Source: Mobula hypostoma
Lineage: Eukaryota
Assembly (NCBI RefSeq): GCF_963921235.1
Contig: NC_086108.1
Location: 36,830,001-36,894,000 of the forward strand
Direction: 5' to 3'
DNA: 64,000 nt
The notes below the pieces were generated by a model. The model saw only the letters and a program-made list of their open reading frames with translations, was not told where the DNA came from and did not search any database. The position numbers were made by a program, and so were the translations under genes. This document shows positions 38,204 through 51,488 of this stretch, in pieces. The number at the start of each line of letters is the position of its first letter. Within the stretch, counting starts at the first letter, position 1.

Positions 38204-38548
38204 ATATTTTGATTCTAATTTGTCTGCCGAGTTTGAGGTGAAGCCTGTGCAACAATATGATGAATAATTGACAGAGGTACAGTACTTTACGTACATCGAA
38301 TTAGATTGATTTTTAAAAGAAATGCAACTATTGGTTCCTTCAAGAAAAAAAAGCTGTGTTCAGTCAACTATGCCTGAATGCTGCATAAGATCTTGATTGT
38401 TAATTTCAATGTACCTCCTGCCCAACCTCTCCTAAACCTGATTATAAGACAATTGAAGTGTTTAAGTCAGAAAAGTATGAGGAAATAAGGAGCAAACGCA
38501 AGTAAATGAATTGCAGAACAGGATTGACAGGCTAAGTGTTACACTCTT

Positions 38549-40061
38549 AACCATAGAAACCATAGAAACTACAGCACAGAAACAGGCCTTTTGGCCCTTC
38601 TTGGCTGTGCCGAACCATTTTCTGCCTAGTCCCACTGACCTGCACACGGACCATATCCCTCCATACACCTCCCATCCATGTATCTGTCCAATTTTTTCTT
38701 AAATGTTAAAAAAGGACCCGCATTTACCACCTCGTCTGGCAGCTCATTCCATACTCCCACCACTCTCTGTGTGAAGAAGCCCCCCCCAATGTTCCCTTTA
38801 AACTTTTCCCCCCTCACCCTTAACCCATGTCCTCTGGTTTTTTTCTCCCCTTGCCTCAGTGGAAAAAGCCTGCTTGCATTCACTCTATCTATACCCATCA
38901 TAATTTTATATACCTCTATCAAATCTCCCCTCATTCTTCTACGCTCCAGGGAATAAAGTCCCAACCTATTCAATCTTTCTCTGTAACTGAGTTTCTCAAG
39001 TCCCGGCAACATCCTTGTAAACCTTCTCTGCACTCTTTCAACCTTATTTATATCCTTCCTGTAATTTGGTGACCAAAACTGAACACAATACTCCAGATTC
39101 GGCCTCACCAATGCCTTATACAACCTCATCATAACATTCCAGCTCTTATACTCAATACTTCGATTAATAAAGGCCACTGTACCAAAAGCTCTCTTTACGA
39201 CCCTATCTACCTGTGACGCCACTTATAGGGAATTTTGTATCTGTATTCCCAGATCCCTCTGTTCCACTGCACTCCTCAGTGCCTTACCATTAACCCTGTA
39301 TGTTCTACGTTGGTTTGTTCTTCCAACGTGCAGTACCTCACACTTGTCAGTATTAAACTCCATCTGCCACTTTTCAGCCCATTTTTCCAGCTGGTCCAAG
39401 ACCCTCTGCAGGCTCTGAAAACCTTCCTCACTGTCTACTACACCTCCAATCTTTGTATCATCAGCAAACTTGCTGATCCGATTTACCACATTATCATCCA
39501 GATGATTGATATAGATGACAAATAACAATGGACCCAGCACTGATCCCTGTGGCACACCACTAGTCACAGGCCTCCACTCGGAGAAGCAATTCTCTACCAC
39601 CACTCTCTGGCTTCTTCCATCGAGCCAATGTCTAATCCAATTTACCACCTCTCCATGTATACCTAGAGACTGAATTTTCCTAACTAACCTCCCATCGGGA
39701 CCTTGTCAAAGGCCTTACTGAAGTCCATGTACGCAATATCCACTGCCTTCCCTTCATCCACTTTCCTGGTAACCTCCTCGAAAAACTCCAATGGATTGGT
39801 CAAACATGACCTACCACGCACAAAGCCATGTGGACTCTCCCTAATAAGTCCCAGTCTATCCAAATGCTTGTAGATTCTGTCTCTTAGTACTCCCTCCAAT
39901 AACTAACCCACTACCGACGTTACATTTACCGGCCTATAATTTCCCGGATTACTTTTCAATCCTTTTTTAAACAACGGAACAACATAAGCCACTCTCCAAT
40001 CCTCCGGCACCTCACCTGTAGACACTGACATTTTAAATATTTCAGCCAGGGCCCCTGCAAT
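38549..40061 (-). mobile_element. 5'-truncated CR1 LINE
   Basis: ORFs 39684-39899, 39223-39648 (FADD), 38626-39222; nearly identical to 34847-35914 over the shared span. Confidence 0.95.
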
Positions 40062-40220
40062 CTCTTGTAGTTCAGTTTTGATTGTTTGAAAATCACAGTG
40101 TGATTGGCATGTGGTTTACTGGATTGCCTCACATGTTCTAAACTCACCAGGGTACTGTCTCACACTTCCCTTAGACTCAGCATTGTCCTTTTTCTTGCCT
40201 TAAACTCACCAGGGCCTATT

Positions 40221-40510
40221 AGACCATAAGATATAGGAGCAGAATTAGGCCATTTGACCCATCATGTCTGCTCTGCCATTTCATTAAGGCTGATCCAAAT
40301 TTCTTCTCTGTCCCACATCCTGCCTTCTCCCTGTGCCTGTTCATGTCCAGACCAATCAAGAATTTGTCAACCTCTACCTTAAATATACATAAAGACTTGG
40401 TTTCCACAGCTGCCTGTGGCCAAGAATTCCACAGATTCACCACTCTCTGGCTAAACAAATTCCTCTTCATCTCCGTTCTAAAAAGACACTCCTCTATTCT
40501 GAGGCAGTGA
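40221..40510 (-). mobile_element. Short CR1 3' fragment inserted in the minisatellite
   Basis: GHCLRIEECLFRTEMKRNLFSQRVVNLWNSWP; tail TCTTATGGTCT; 33-bp units on both sides. Confidence 0.88.
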
Positions 40511-41222
40511 CCCATACTTGCTCTAAACTCACCAGGGCCTATTCCCACACTTGCTTTAAACTCACCAGGGCCTATTTCCACACTTGCTTTAAACTCACCA
40601 GGGCCTATTTCCACACTTGCTTTAAACTCACCTGGGCCTATTTCCACACTTGCTCTAAACTCACCAGGGCCTTTTCCCACACTTGCTCTAAACTCACCAG
40701 GGCCTATTTCCACACTTGGTTTAAACTCACCAGGGCCTATTTCCACACTTGGTTTAAACTCACCTGGGCATTTTCCCACACTTGCTCTAAACTCACCTGG
40801 GCCTTTTCCAATTCTTGCTCTAAACTCACCTGGGCCTATTCCAACAGTTGCTTTAAACTCACCTGGGCCTATTCCCACACTTGCTTTAAACTCACCTGGG
40901 CCTATTCCCACACTTGCTTTAAACTTACCAGGGCCTGTTCCCACACTTGCTTTAAACTCACCTGGGCCTATTTGCACACTTGCTTTGAACTCACCAGGGC
41001 CTATTCTCACAATTGCTCAAACTCACCAGGGCCTATTCCCACACTCGCTTTAAACTCACCTAGGCCTGTTCCTACACTTGCTTTAAACTTACCTGGGCCT
41101 ATTCCCACACTTGCTTTAAACTCACCAGGGCCTATTCCCACATTTGGTTTAAACTCACCTGGGCCTATTCCCACACTTGCTTCAAACTCACCAGGGCCTA
41201 TTCTCACAGATGGTTTTAAATT
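40511..41222. repeat. 33-bp minisatellite, about 21-22 units
   Basis: Unit TAAACTCACCAGGGCCTATTCCCACACTTGCTT; diverged outlying units at about 40128-40220 and 43373-43405. Confidence 0.97.
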
Positions 41223-41240
41223 TATCAGGACCTCAATTCT

Positions 41241-43353
41241 TTTTTTTTGTAATTTATTTTTTATTGAATTTCATCATCAAACAAACATTTCCATAAGATG
41301 TATTTCAGATACTGTACACATATATCATATAATCATATTTGTCACTAATCTCCACATAATATTTATCTGAAGTATACTCATAGAAAGAAGAGGAAAGAAA
41401 GAACAATCAAAAGAAGAAAAATATGTACAGACTAGGGAGTGATTTTTTTCAATAACATATTCATTGATTGTGAGAATAAAATCAGGCTTATAAGATGTTA
41501 CATAGTTAAACCATTTTTTCCAGTATGAATAAAATTGTTCCAACTTATGATTAACAGATGTTGTTATCTTCTCCATTTTGTAAATGTCCATTGTAATTTC
41601 CATCTATACATTTAAAATTGGGCTCTCCTGAGATAACTATTTCTTGGTAAGGGTCTTTTTACCAGCCACCAGCAGTACCTTCATTAAATATTTATATTTA
41701 TCTCTTTTCAACCATTCTTGAGGTATATACCCCAAATATATCGTCTTACTCTCTAAGTTAGTATATCATTGAAATTTGCAGAATAATACTTAATCGATCT
41801 ACTCCCTGAACAAATAAGATCCAAGAAAAGTGAATAATAAAAAGAAAGATAAGGAAGGTGTGGTTCCAAGGCTGGGGTCTCTAGATGACCCTGGGTTGGG
41901 CTAGAAGAGAAGTCTAGCCGTGGGGGATAGCCCGTCCTACCTCTGGGTTGAGGGCCCCCGTTGCAGTACCTATAAAAGTAAGTAAAAAAAAAACGATGTC
42001 CATTACACAGAAATGATTTCCCTGTGTATTCCTCCCATGTATATATTCTCATTTAGGTGGGGAAAAAGGAATGAATAAATGAATTTTTAAAAAATTGAGT
42101 AATATAAAAACCACATTATAACACGTATTTCTCGAGATGGGTATATCACCGTCTATTTTTGTTTCCGTTTAGTTTATCAGCACTTTTAAGTTTAGCCAAA
42201 CATTATGGCTCTTCTGGAGGAGGTGAGGGTTGTCTTAGGAGAACTCACAGTCTCTTCCTAATATCCTTCTTTCGTCCTGTTCCCGACCCCTGCTTTCTCT
42301 GTTCTCTTACTATTTCCCAAGCAGTTCGGGATAACTGCTCAGCCAGACTTCCCCTTGGTTTGACCACGCTAATGGACAGTTCTCTGCTGTTCATGTCTGT
42401 AGTCAACTCTTCCACCGTCTGGTACAGTCGCATCCCTTCTTGGTAAAATACCCTCAGTTTTGTAGGGTATGGGGTTAGAAATTTAATCTTTTCTCCTTTA
42501 ATATTTGTTTCGCTTCAGAATACTCCTTCTGTTTCTGTAGGACTGCCGGGGGTGGGGGGTAATCATGATCGAAGTATATTAACTTTCTATTCCAAAGAAC
42601 CCTCTTCTTACCCCAGGACCTTTGTAGAATCTCCGCCTTGCTCTTGAATCGGAGAAATTTAAGTACAATGGATTGCAGTTTACTTTGTCTGTCTCCGGCA
42701 GGCCGCTGGGCGAGAGAACGGTGCGCCCTTTCAATTTCCATCTATATATTCGGGGGAATCTCCAGCGCTTCCCGCAGCAGCTTGCCTACAAAGCCTATCA
42801 TTGACACTCCCTTCGCTCCTTTGGGAACATTATAAATCCTGATATTTTTCCGTCGTGATCTTCCCTCCTGGTCAAGCAATTTACTTTCCTGTTGATTTAA
42901 TAATTTTATCATCTTACTTAGTATCTGTTCCACGTTTTGCATGCGGTCTTCCATCTTCTCAATTCGAGTCTCTGCCGTCGCTATTTCCTGATTGAAGTTG
43001 GCGAGCTCTGACTTTATATCATTGAGTTGTTGTTTTATATCTTTTTGGACTTCTCTTATCTCTTCCAGAATCTTCATCATATTTGCCGCTTCGCCTGCAC
43101 GAGGCCCCGCGTCAGCCTCGCCGCCACGCGTATGTGTAGGAGAGCCGCGTGCTGCACCTCTCTCTTCCATAGGCTCAGCAGTGATGCTTTTTTTTTATCT
43201 CCATCCTTTCTCCCCATTCTTGCCCCCTTATCAATTCAGATATGTTCGAAAAATCTTAGATTTGGTGCATTAACGGGGCAAAATATCTGTTTTTCCGGAG
43301 GAGCTGTTGATTTAAGCTGCCATTCCGAATGATGACGTCACTGGAACCCCTGA
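41241..43353 (-). mobile_element. L1-clade element with 5' UTR, ORF1 and only the extreme 3' end of ORF2
   Basis: TSD ACCTCAATTCT at 41230-41240 and 43354-43364; poly(A) at 41241; ORF1 motifs EGRSRRKNIRIYNVP, IERAHR, YFDHDY (42245-43200, frameshifted); ORF2 tail DIYKMEKIT...W at 41325-41755. Confidence 0.92.
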
Positions 43354-43734
43354 ACCTCAATTCTAACGCTTCTTTTAAACTCACCAGGTTTTGTTTCCCA
43401 TACTCCTAATCTCACTTGGTTCACTGGAAAATTTGTAATATGGAGCTGTAACATCTAAGAAGTATGAATTTGACCAGAATGAGTATTAATAGGAGTAACA
43501 ATCCAATAGTCTGGAAAATTTTCCAGTCCAGTGCCAGTGAGTCCCACTTATGGGGGCTTATTGGCAAATTACTGTTTTCTCTTATTTGGATGTTCCTTTT
43601 CCCTTCCCACTTGCCAAAGATTTATGCATGGATTTTGGTAATCAGGCAGACAAAATGACATGTTATATATTTTTCATGTGGCCATAAAGAGAAGGGATTC
43701 TCTCAAACATCACTATATCCATTTGCACATACAA

Positions 43735-44180
43735 TAGACCATAAGACCATAGGATATAGAAGAAGAATTAGGCTGTATGGCCTATTGAATCTGCTCTGCT
43801 ATTCCACCTATGATCCTTATCATTTATTATTCCTCTCAACCTCACTCTCCTGACTTCTCCTCATAATGTTTGATGCCCTTACTAATCAAAAACCGATCAA
43901 CCTCTGCATTAAGTATGCCCAATGACTTGGTGTCCACAGCTGTCTGTGGCAATGAATTCCACACATTCACCATCCTTTGGCTAAAGAAATTCCCCCTCAT
44001 CTCTGTTCTAAAGGGATAGGCATCCCTCAATTCTGAGGCTGTGCCCACAGGTCCTAGACTTTCCCCATTACACAAAACATCTCCACATCCTCTCTTTCAA
44101 TATTCAATGGGTTTCAATGTGATCCACCCCTCATTCTTCTAAACTGCAGTGAGTGCAAACCCAGAGTCAACAAACATTCC
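43735..44180 (-). mobile_element. Old CR1 3' fragment
   Basis: PFRTEMRGNFFSQRMVNVWNSLP; tail reads AGACCATAAGACCATA on +. Confidence 0.85.
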
Positions 44181-44628
44181 TACTAAAATAATTGTGTAGT
44201 GAGCAGCAAGGGAAACATCAGTCTTTGTCTCTCCTGTCACACTCAGGATCATGAAGGTCTGTTGTAACGTCACAAACACGAGAAAATCTGCAGATTCTGC
44301 CTCAGTTGTAAAGTCTTCATCAAATGAGGAGTACGTTTCTTTCTACAGCTCAGGCCATTATCTGGAACCTGCATGACTTTCTGACTTGATGTGTTTAGGA
44401 CATCTACCAGGTACTGTCCACCAAAAGCTTAATGAATGATATATATCTGCCACTGGTATTTCACAGTATATGAGTGGATTAATCTTAAAATGGAGTAAAA
44501 GCAAACAGATGTACAGCACAGTTTTTTTATTTCTCTGCTTGGTGTTCATGTAATGAAGTTACATAGAATTTTTTTTATGGAATCAGGGAATTGGGGACCT
44601 TATCCATGAAAGAAGTGCATGCATTGTC

Positions 44629-44720
44629 CTGACGAAGGGTCTCGGCCTGAAACGTCGACTGCGCCTCTTCCTATAGATGCTGCCTGGCCTGCTGCGTTCA
44701 CCAGCAACTTTGATGTATGT
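44629..44720 (+). mobile_element. 92-bp Penelope-like insertion starting at a hammerhead core
   Basis: (GTC)CTGACGAAGGGTCTCGGCCTGAAACGTCGAC...; exact 13-bp direct repeat TGCATGCATTGTC at 44616-44628 and 44721-44733. Confidence 0.9.
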
Positions 44721-46232
44721 TGCATGCATTGTCATATTTGTTTAAGGACTTAATTAATAATTGTGGGAATTTGGATATTATTTGTTTTGTAACTCCAGAA
44801 ATTAATCATAAGGCAGAAAAGAAACACAGGAGCCTGGGAGAATGTTTATGCTTAGTTTACTCTAGCGAGGTAGATATGGTGGCGTAATGAGGTATTCTAT
44901 TCACATACTTTTACATATAACTCATCATGAATTATGTAAATACCAAAGAATGCTTAATCAAACAATATATTTAAAATATTGTGCAAACATTACTGAAATA
45001 TTAAATACACTACACTCCTCCCTGCTTAGCTATAAACTCTGACACAATATAGAATGCATCTCAACTATATACACAGTATTACACAACTACCATATCGACA
45101 TCCATAGCATAGTAAATTTTAAATTGTCCCATTCAGGCTTAAAGAATTAATCACTGTGGATGATTTCTTACTCTAGTGGGAAAACGTCCTTCATTTTAAG
45201 CACATCTAGATGACCGTCATGTAGCTCCTCTAACACTTCAGCTCTCTGATTGGATGGTACAAAAATCTCTCAATTCCCACATAAAGCAACCAGTGTCAAG
45301 GGAAAATTCATTCTGGCACTGGTAAAAATATGGGAAATTGGATTTCTGCTACACAATTCAGCCATTTAAAGTGGCCATGTAGACCTCAGATAGTGTAAGG
45401 TTTTTTTCCGGTTACCCTTTGGATCATCTCTGCTGTAATAAGGAGACATTTTATTTGCACGATGGAAAATACATCAAGAGGAGTGTCCTCTTTTGTAAAA
45501 TATTCAGGAACTTCCTTTTCCAAGGGCTAACAGGCCAATCCTTCAGCATTATCATGTGCAGTTGTCCTCTTGAATTTAATCTTGTAATTGTGACCTCCAG
45601 GAAACAGAGCCCAGCTCTGCATTTGTGCTGTTGCTGTTAATAAACACTGTGGATTGAAAATGGACACCTGTGGTTGATGATCAATAACAAGGGTAAACTC
45701 CTTCCCATACAAGTACTGGTTGAAATGTTTTGCACCCCAAACCATACTCAAGACCTCTCTGTCAATCTGTGTGTATTTTTTTCTCTGCAACAAGGGAATG
45801 TGATGCAAAATCTGTGGTGTTTGCTTCCATTATTCCTAACATTTGACATGACTGTACCTGTAGCATAAGGTGAGTCATCACAGGCAAGCTTCACTGGATG
45901 ATATGGATCGCAATGTGTGAATACTGTGTCTGATGTCACCATTTCCTTTGCCTTTTGGAAAACCACCTCACACTGCTTTGTCCATTGCCATTTCCACCCT
46001 ATCTGTAGTAACGAGTTCAGGGTGTGGAGCACAGTGGCCAGGTTTGGCAAGAATTTAATTATAATAATTGAAAAATCCTGACTGTGACATGCTTTTTGAC
46101 CTTAGGGTATCCACAACTGTTTGAATTTTTTCCAGCACACTTGAGTATGTCTTGTGTGTCAATGGTGTGGATTCAGTAAGTGAGGCTTGGTTTATAGAAT
46201 TCACTTTTGTCATGTCATGCTCTGAGCTCATA

Positions 46233-49200
46233 TGTCAGGATGCTGGAGCAGAGCCAGTACTGTGCAAACAGCGATATTAATTGAGTAACAAATCCCAAGG
46301 TGCAAACAAAGTTGCTGTCAAAGTTCAGGCTGAGATGAAAACATCCTGAGAAATCCAAACACCAGAATCGGGAAACAGGCAGAGTCAATATTCAGACAGA
46401 CAGAGTTCAGACACAAATGCTGGAAAGGCTCAGGAAAATTCACTGGCAACAAACAGGTGAAAACACAGGACTGAAATACACTGAGCAATAAACAGAGAGG
46501 CAGATGATAGGTGGAGCACAATGATACACGGGTGGCAGCAATACAGGTGATAATGAGAAGCAGGTGAGAGAGGGAGTACTCAGTAATACAGGGGCCGGAG
46601 TAGAGCAGGAGCAGGGACAGGAGCACATGCCAATACAAAACCACAGACTGACAGCTAGTGGGAAACACACAAAAAGACAGAGTTCAACTGGAGTTACTGA
46701 CAGTACCACCACCCCCCCACCCCACACACACAGATGCCTCCTGACATAACGGCAGGTAGAGCTGGGTGCTGGCGATGAAAGTCTCTGATGAGAGAGGGGT
46801 CCAGGAATTACGGGCGGGGACCCAGCACCTCTCCTCAGGACTGTAGCCCTCCCAGTCCACAAGGTACTGGAGGCCACGGCTCTGGCGACAAACGTCCAGC
46901 AGTCGATGCACCATGAAGGCCTCTGACCCATCGATGAGCCATGGGGGTGGAGGGTGTTTGGGGACAGGACACAGGGGGTGACTCATGAAAGGCTTGTTGC
47001 GGGACACATGGAAGGTGGGATGAATGTGGCAGAGAGTGGAGGGGAGCTTGAGACAGACGGCAGCAGGGTTGATGACTTTAGCAATGGGAAAGGGGGCCGA
47101 TGAAGCGAGGGGCAAGCTTGCAGGAATCCATCTTGAGGGGCAGGTCTGAGGTTGAAAGCCACGCACGCTGTCCCTGACGGTAATGTGGGGCCTTGGAGCG
47201 ATGGTGGTCAGCTTGACGCTTGATCCTAGCAGAGGCACGGAGAAGGGCAGATTGAGTGCGCCTCCACGTCCGCTGAAAACGGCAGATGGATGCCTCGGCA
47301 AATGGAACGCCAACCTCCTCCTCCTGGGCAGGAATCAGGGGAGGTTGGTACCCAAGGCAGCATTCAAAAGGGGACAGACTGGTGGATGAGGACGGATGAG
47401 AGTTTATGTCGTACTTGGCCCAGGATAGCTGCTGACTCCACGTGGAGGAGTTCTGTGAGATCAGACACCATACAGTCTCCAGCTGTTGGTTGTCCCGCTC
47501 TGTCTGGCCATTGGCCTGTGGGTGGAATCCTGAAGACAGACTCATGGATGCACCCAGAAGATTACAGAATGCCCTCCAGAAGTTGGATGTGAATTGAGAG
47601 CCCCTGTCTGACACAACATTTATAAGTAAACCCTGTAATTTAAAAACATGCAGTACTAGTAATTTTGCTGTTTCTTTAGCCGAGGGGACTTTAGGTAAAG
47701 GAATGAAATGTACAGACTTGGAGAAACGATCAACTACTGTGAGAATGGTGGTATTACCATCTGATGGGGGAAGACCGGTGACCAAATCCAGGGCAATGTG
47801 GGACCAGGGGTCTCTCGGGGATAGACAGGGGTTGTAACAGACCAGCAGGTGACTGGTTAGAGTTTTTGCCTTGAGCACAGACCGAGCAGGCTGAGACAAA
47901 GTTGCAGCCCACAACTTTACGGATGTCATCTCCCATGGGGTGCCACCAGAACCGCCAACTGATGAAGGCCTGAGTATGCTTGGTTCCGGGGTGACAGGAT
48001 AACCAGGAAGAATGACCCCACTGCAATACCTGTGAGCGGACAGAGCTGGGAACATAAACACCGTTAGTGGGACATTGACTGCGGGCTGCCTCGCTCTCTT
48101 GAGCATCTTGCACCATGGCTTCAATATCCCATTGTGCTGCACCCACGAGACAGTGAGCAGGGAGGATGACCTTGGGTACCTCAGGGGTCTCAGAGGAAGG
48201 AAATCTTTGGGAAAGGGCATAGGTTTTCCATTCTTGGAACTGGGGCGGAAGGACAGAGTAAAATTGAATCTTGAGAAAAACAGGGACCAACGAGGTTGAT
48301 GGGAGTTGAGACGCTTGGCTGTACAGATATATTCCAGATTCATGTGATCAGTCCAGACTAAGAATGCCACCTTTTCTCCCTCCAGCCAATGACTCCACTC
48401 CTCCAGGGCTAGCTTCACAGCCAGCAGCTCCCGGTTTCCGACATTGTAATTCTGCTCTGTGGGAGTGAGACGGTGTGAAAAGGCAGCACAGGGGTGTACC
48501 TTCTCATCCTTGGCCGAGAGCTGAGAGAGAACAGCTCCTATGCCAATGTCAGACACATCCAACTCCACAATGAGCTGTCGGTCGGTGTCTGGTTGAATCA
48601 GGATGGGGGCAGAGGTGAAACGTTCCTTCATGTCAGAGAATGCTTTTTCAGCATCGGGGACCAGGAGAATCTGACAGCAGATAAGGTAAGAGCAGTGGTT
48701 GGTGCAGCCAGTGTACTGTAATTTCTGATGAAGCGGAAATAGAAGTTAGCGAAGCCCAAGAAGTGTTGCAACACCCGAAGAGTCGAGGGGTGGGGCCATT
48801 CGACCACAGCCTTGACCTTCTGTTGGTCCATCTGAATGGAACCGCCTGAAATTACATACCTCAGGAAGGAGACTGTATTGCGATGAAACTCACATTTCTC
48901 AGCCTTCACAAAGAGCTGGTTCTCCAGAAGGCACTGGAGAACTCTGCGGACGTGACCTGTGTGTTCAGCAAGGGACTTGGAAAAAAAAAATCAAATTGTC
49001 ATTGAGATACACAAAAGCAAATTAGCTCAGCATATTCCTGAGAACGTCATTTACCAGGGCTTGGAAGACAGCGGGGGCATTGGTGAGACCGAATGCCATG
49101 ACCAGATACTCGTAACGGCCTGAGGTGGTGTTGAAGGCCATCTTCCATTCGTCTGCTTCGCGGACGCGGACAAGATGGTAGGCATTACATAGATCAAGCT

Positions 49201-51488
49201 TGGTGAAAACTGAGGCTCCTTTTTGTAGTTCAAACGCCGAGGTCATGAGCGGAAGAGGGTAACAGTTCTTAACAGTGACTTCATTCAGTTCCCGGTAATC
49301 AATGCATGGATGCAAGGAACCATCCTTCTTTTCAAAAAAAGAAAGAAAGAAAAAAAAATCGGCACCAGCAGGGGAGGAAGACGGCCGGATGATGCCTGCA
49401 GCCAGAGACTACTGAATGTACTTATTCATGGCTTCTGTTTCAGGTACGGATAGGGGGAGATGTGCCAAGCAAGAGGTCATTGGCACAATCATATGGACGA
49501 TGAGGTGGCAGGGAAGTGGCCTGGGACTTGCTGAACATAGCCTTGAGGTCCATGTATTCAGGAGGGATGGCACTAAGGTCTGGAAATTCCTCGGGGGGGG
49601 GTGGATCTGAGCTTGGAGAGAAGGGGACCTGAGCATGGCAGAGGCAGTGGGAGTGACAGAATGGGCTTCAGCCTACAATCTTGTGACTGAGCCAGTCAAT
49701 GTGGGGTTGTGTCTGACTAACCAGGGATGGCCTAGGACAACGGAAGCTTGAGGAGAGTCAATAACATAAAAGGGTTAACTGTTCATGATGGTTGCCAGAT
49801 AAACTGAGACTCACCAGGGCTGTGACATGGGTGATGTTAGCCTGTCTCTGACCGTTCAAGGCGTTGGCCATTAATGATGACTGGAGAGCAGACGTGGGTA
49901 GTCCCCACTGGGCAGCCAAGCTAGAATCGATAAAACACCCCTCCGCACCAGACTCGACCAAGACGGACCCTGGTTGGAGTTGGGCACCCCACGCCAGAGA
50001 AGCAGGTATGAAAGTGAATGGTGTCGAGGAGGGCAGGACAGGGGTCATGCTCACGAGTACTCCTCGTCCTACTGGTGAGCATTGGCTTTTACTGGGCAGG
50101 TGCAGGTGAAGTGGCCTGATTGACCACAGTACAGACAGGAGCGGGAGCTGATTGTCTTTCAGTCGGCGTCAAGTGGGTACAGTCAACATGCATAGTCTCG
50201 GGCTCTGGAATGGGAATTGTAGATGGAGGCAAATGGCAGGGCAATGTAGACTGATGAGGAGCTTGGAACTCACCCAGTGCCCCCAGGGACCCTCTGGAAC
50301 CCCTCCCATGCTTCAAAGGTGGCAGGAAGGTCCTGGGTGACCAGCCCATCTTGATGTCTTCAGAGAGGCCATTCAGGAAGGTGTCGTACTGTGCCTCCGA
50401 GTTCCAACCGCTGGAGGTGGCTAGGGTCCGGAACTCTATGGCATAATCTGACACAGGTCTGCTCCCCTGGTGCATGTGCAGCATTTCACGGGCAGCCTCT
50501 CTCCCATGTTTGGAGCGATCAAACACATTTCTCATCTCCTCAGAAAATAACTGAAAACTACTGCAGAAAGGGGAGCCTGTCTCCCAGACGGCTGTTCCCC
50601 ATTCTCTCACCCAAACGGACAGTTAGGTGATGTAGGTTACCTTGGCTTGATCAGTCGGAAATGTTGTTGGTTGCATTTCAAAAATCAGGGTGCACTGGGA
50701 AAGAAAAGAGCGGCGGGTACTGGGCTCAGCTGAGTACTTTTCTGGAGAAGGCAGATCAGACTCTTGGATGGGCGGAGTGAGCGTGAACGCGGAGGGTGTG
50801 GTGAAAGATGCAGTCGCAGAGTGTTGATGAGTGCTCTAAGACAGCTGGAGTGACTGAGTCTGGGCCAAAAGATCGGCTACATTGGCAGAAAGAGACTCCA
50901 CTGCCCTGAACATCGAGTCCAGTTGGTTCTGGTGTCTCCCCAGCATCACTCCCTGTTGTTCCAGGGCAGCTCTCAGACAATCGGGGTTGGCTGGATCCAT
51001 TCTGGTCAGATTGTACTGTCAGGATGCTGGAGCAGGGATCCAATCGCAGACCCAGTACTGTGCACACAGTGATATTAATTGAGTAACAAATCCCAAGGTG
51101 CAAACAAAGTTGGTGTGAAAGTTCAGGCAGAGATCAAAACATCCATAGAAATTCAAACACCAGAATCGGGGAACAGGCAGAGTCAATATTCAGACAGACA
51201 GAGTACAGACACCAATGCTGGAAAGACTCAAGAGAATTCACTGGCACAATTCGGCAACAACCAGGTGAAAACACAGGACTGAAATACACTGAGCAATAAA
51301 CGGGGAGGCAGATGATAAGTGGAGCAATACAGGTAACAATGAGAAACAGATGAGAGACGGGGTACTCAGTAATACAGGGGCCCGAGTAGAGCAGGAGCAG
51401 GGACAGGAGCACATGGCAATACAAAACCACAGACTGACAGCTAGGGGGAAACATACAAAAAGACAGAGTCCAACTGGAGGTACTGACA
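46233..51488 (-). mobile_element. Full-length Tf1/sushi-like chromovirus (Gypsy), decayed
   Basis: About 470-bp LTRs TGTCAGG...CTGACA at 46233-46702 and 51017-51488; TSD TCATA/CCATA; gag (VSDYAIEFRTLA), protease (LVESGA), RT ([18 protein letters not shown]), RNase H/integrase (47078-48631), KLAPRFIGP, chromodomain [20 protein letters not shown]. Confidence 0.95.

Noticed and set aside
40511..41222. 33-bp repeats as a CRISPR array or collagen-like gene
   Set aside because: Units are head-to-tail with no unique spacers, the context is eukaryotic, and the peptide is not Gly-X-Y periodic.
44349..44410. Exon-like segment with good acceptor and donor
   Set aside because: Stop codons in all three frames and no other support.
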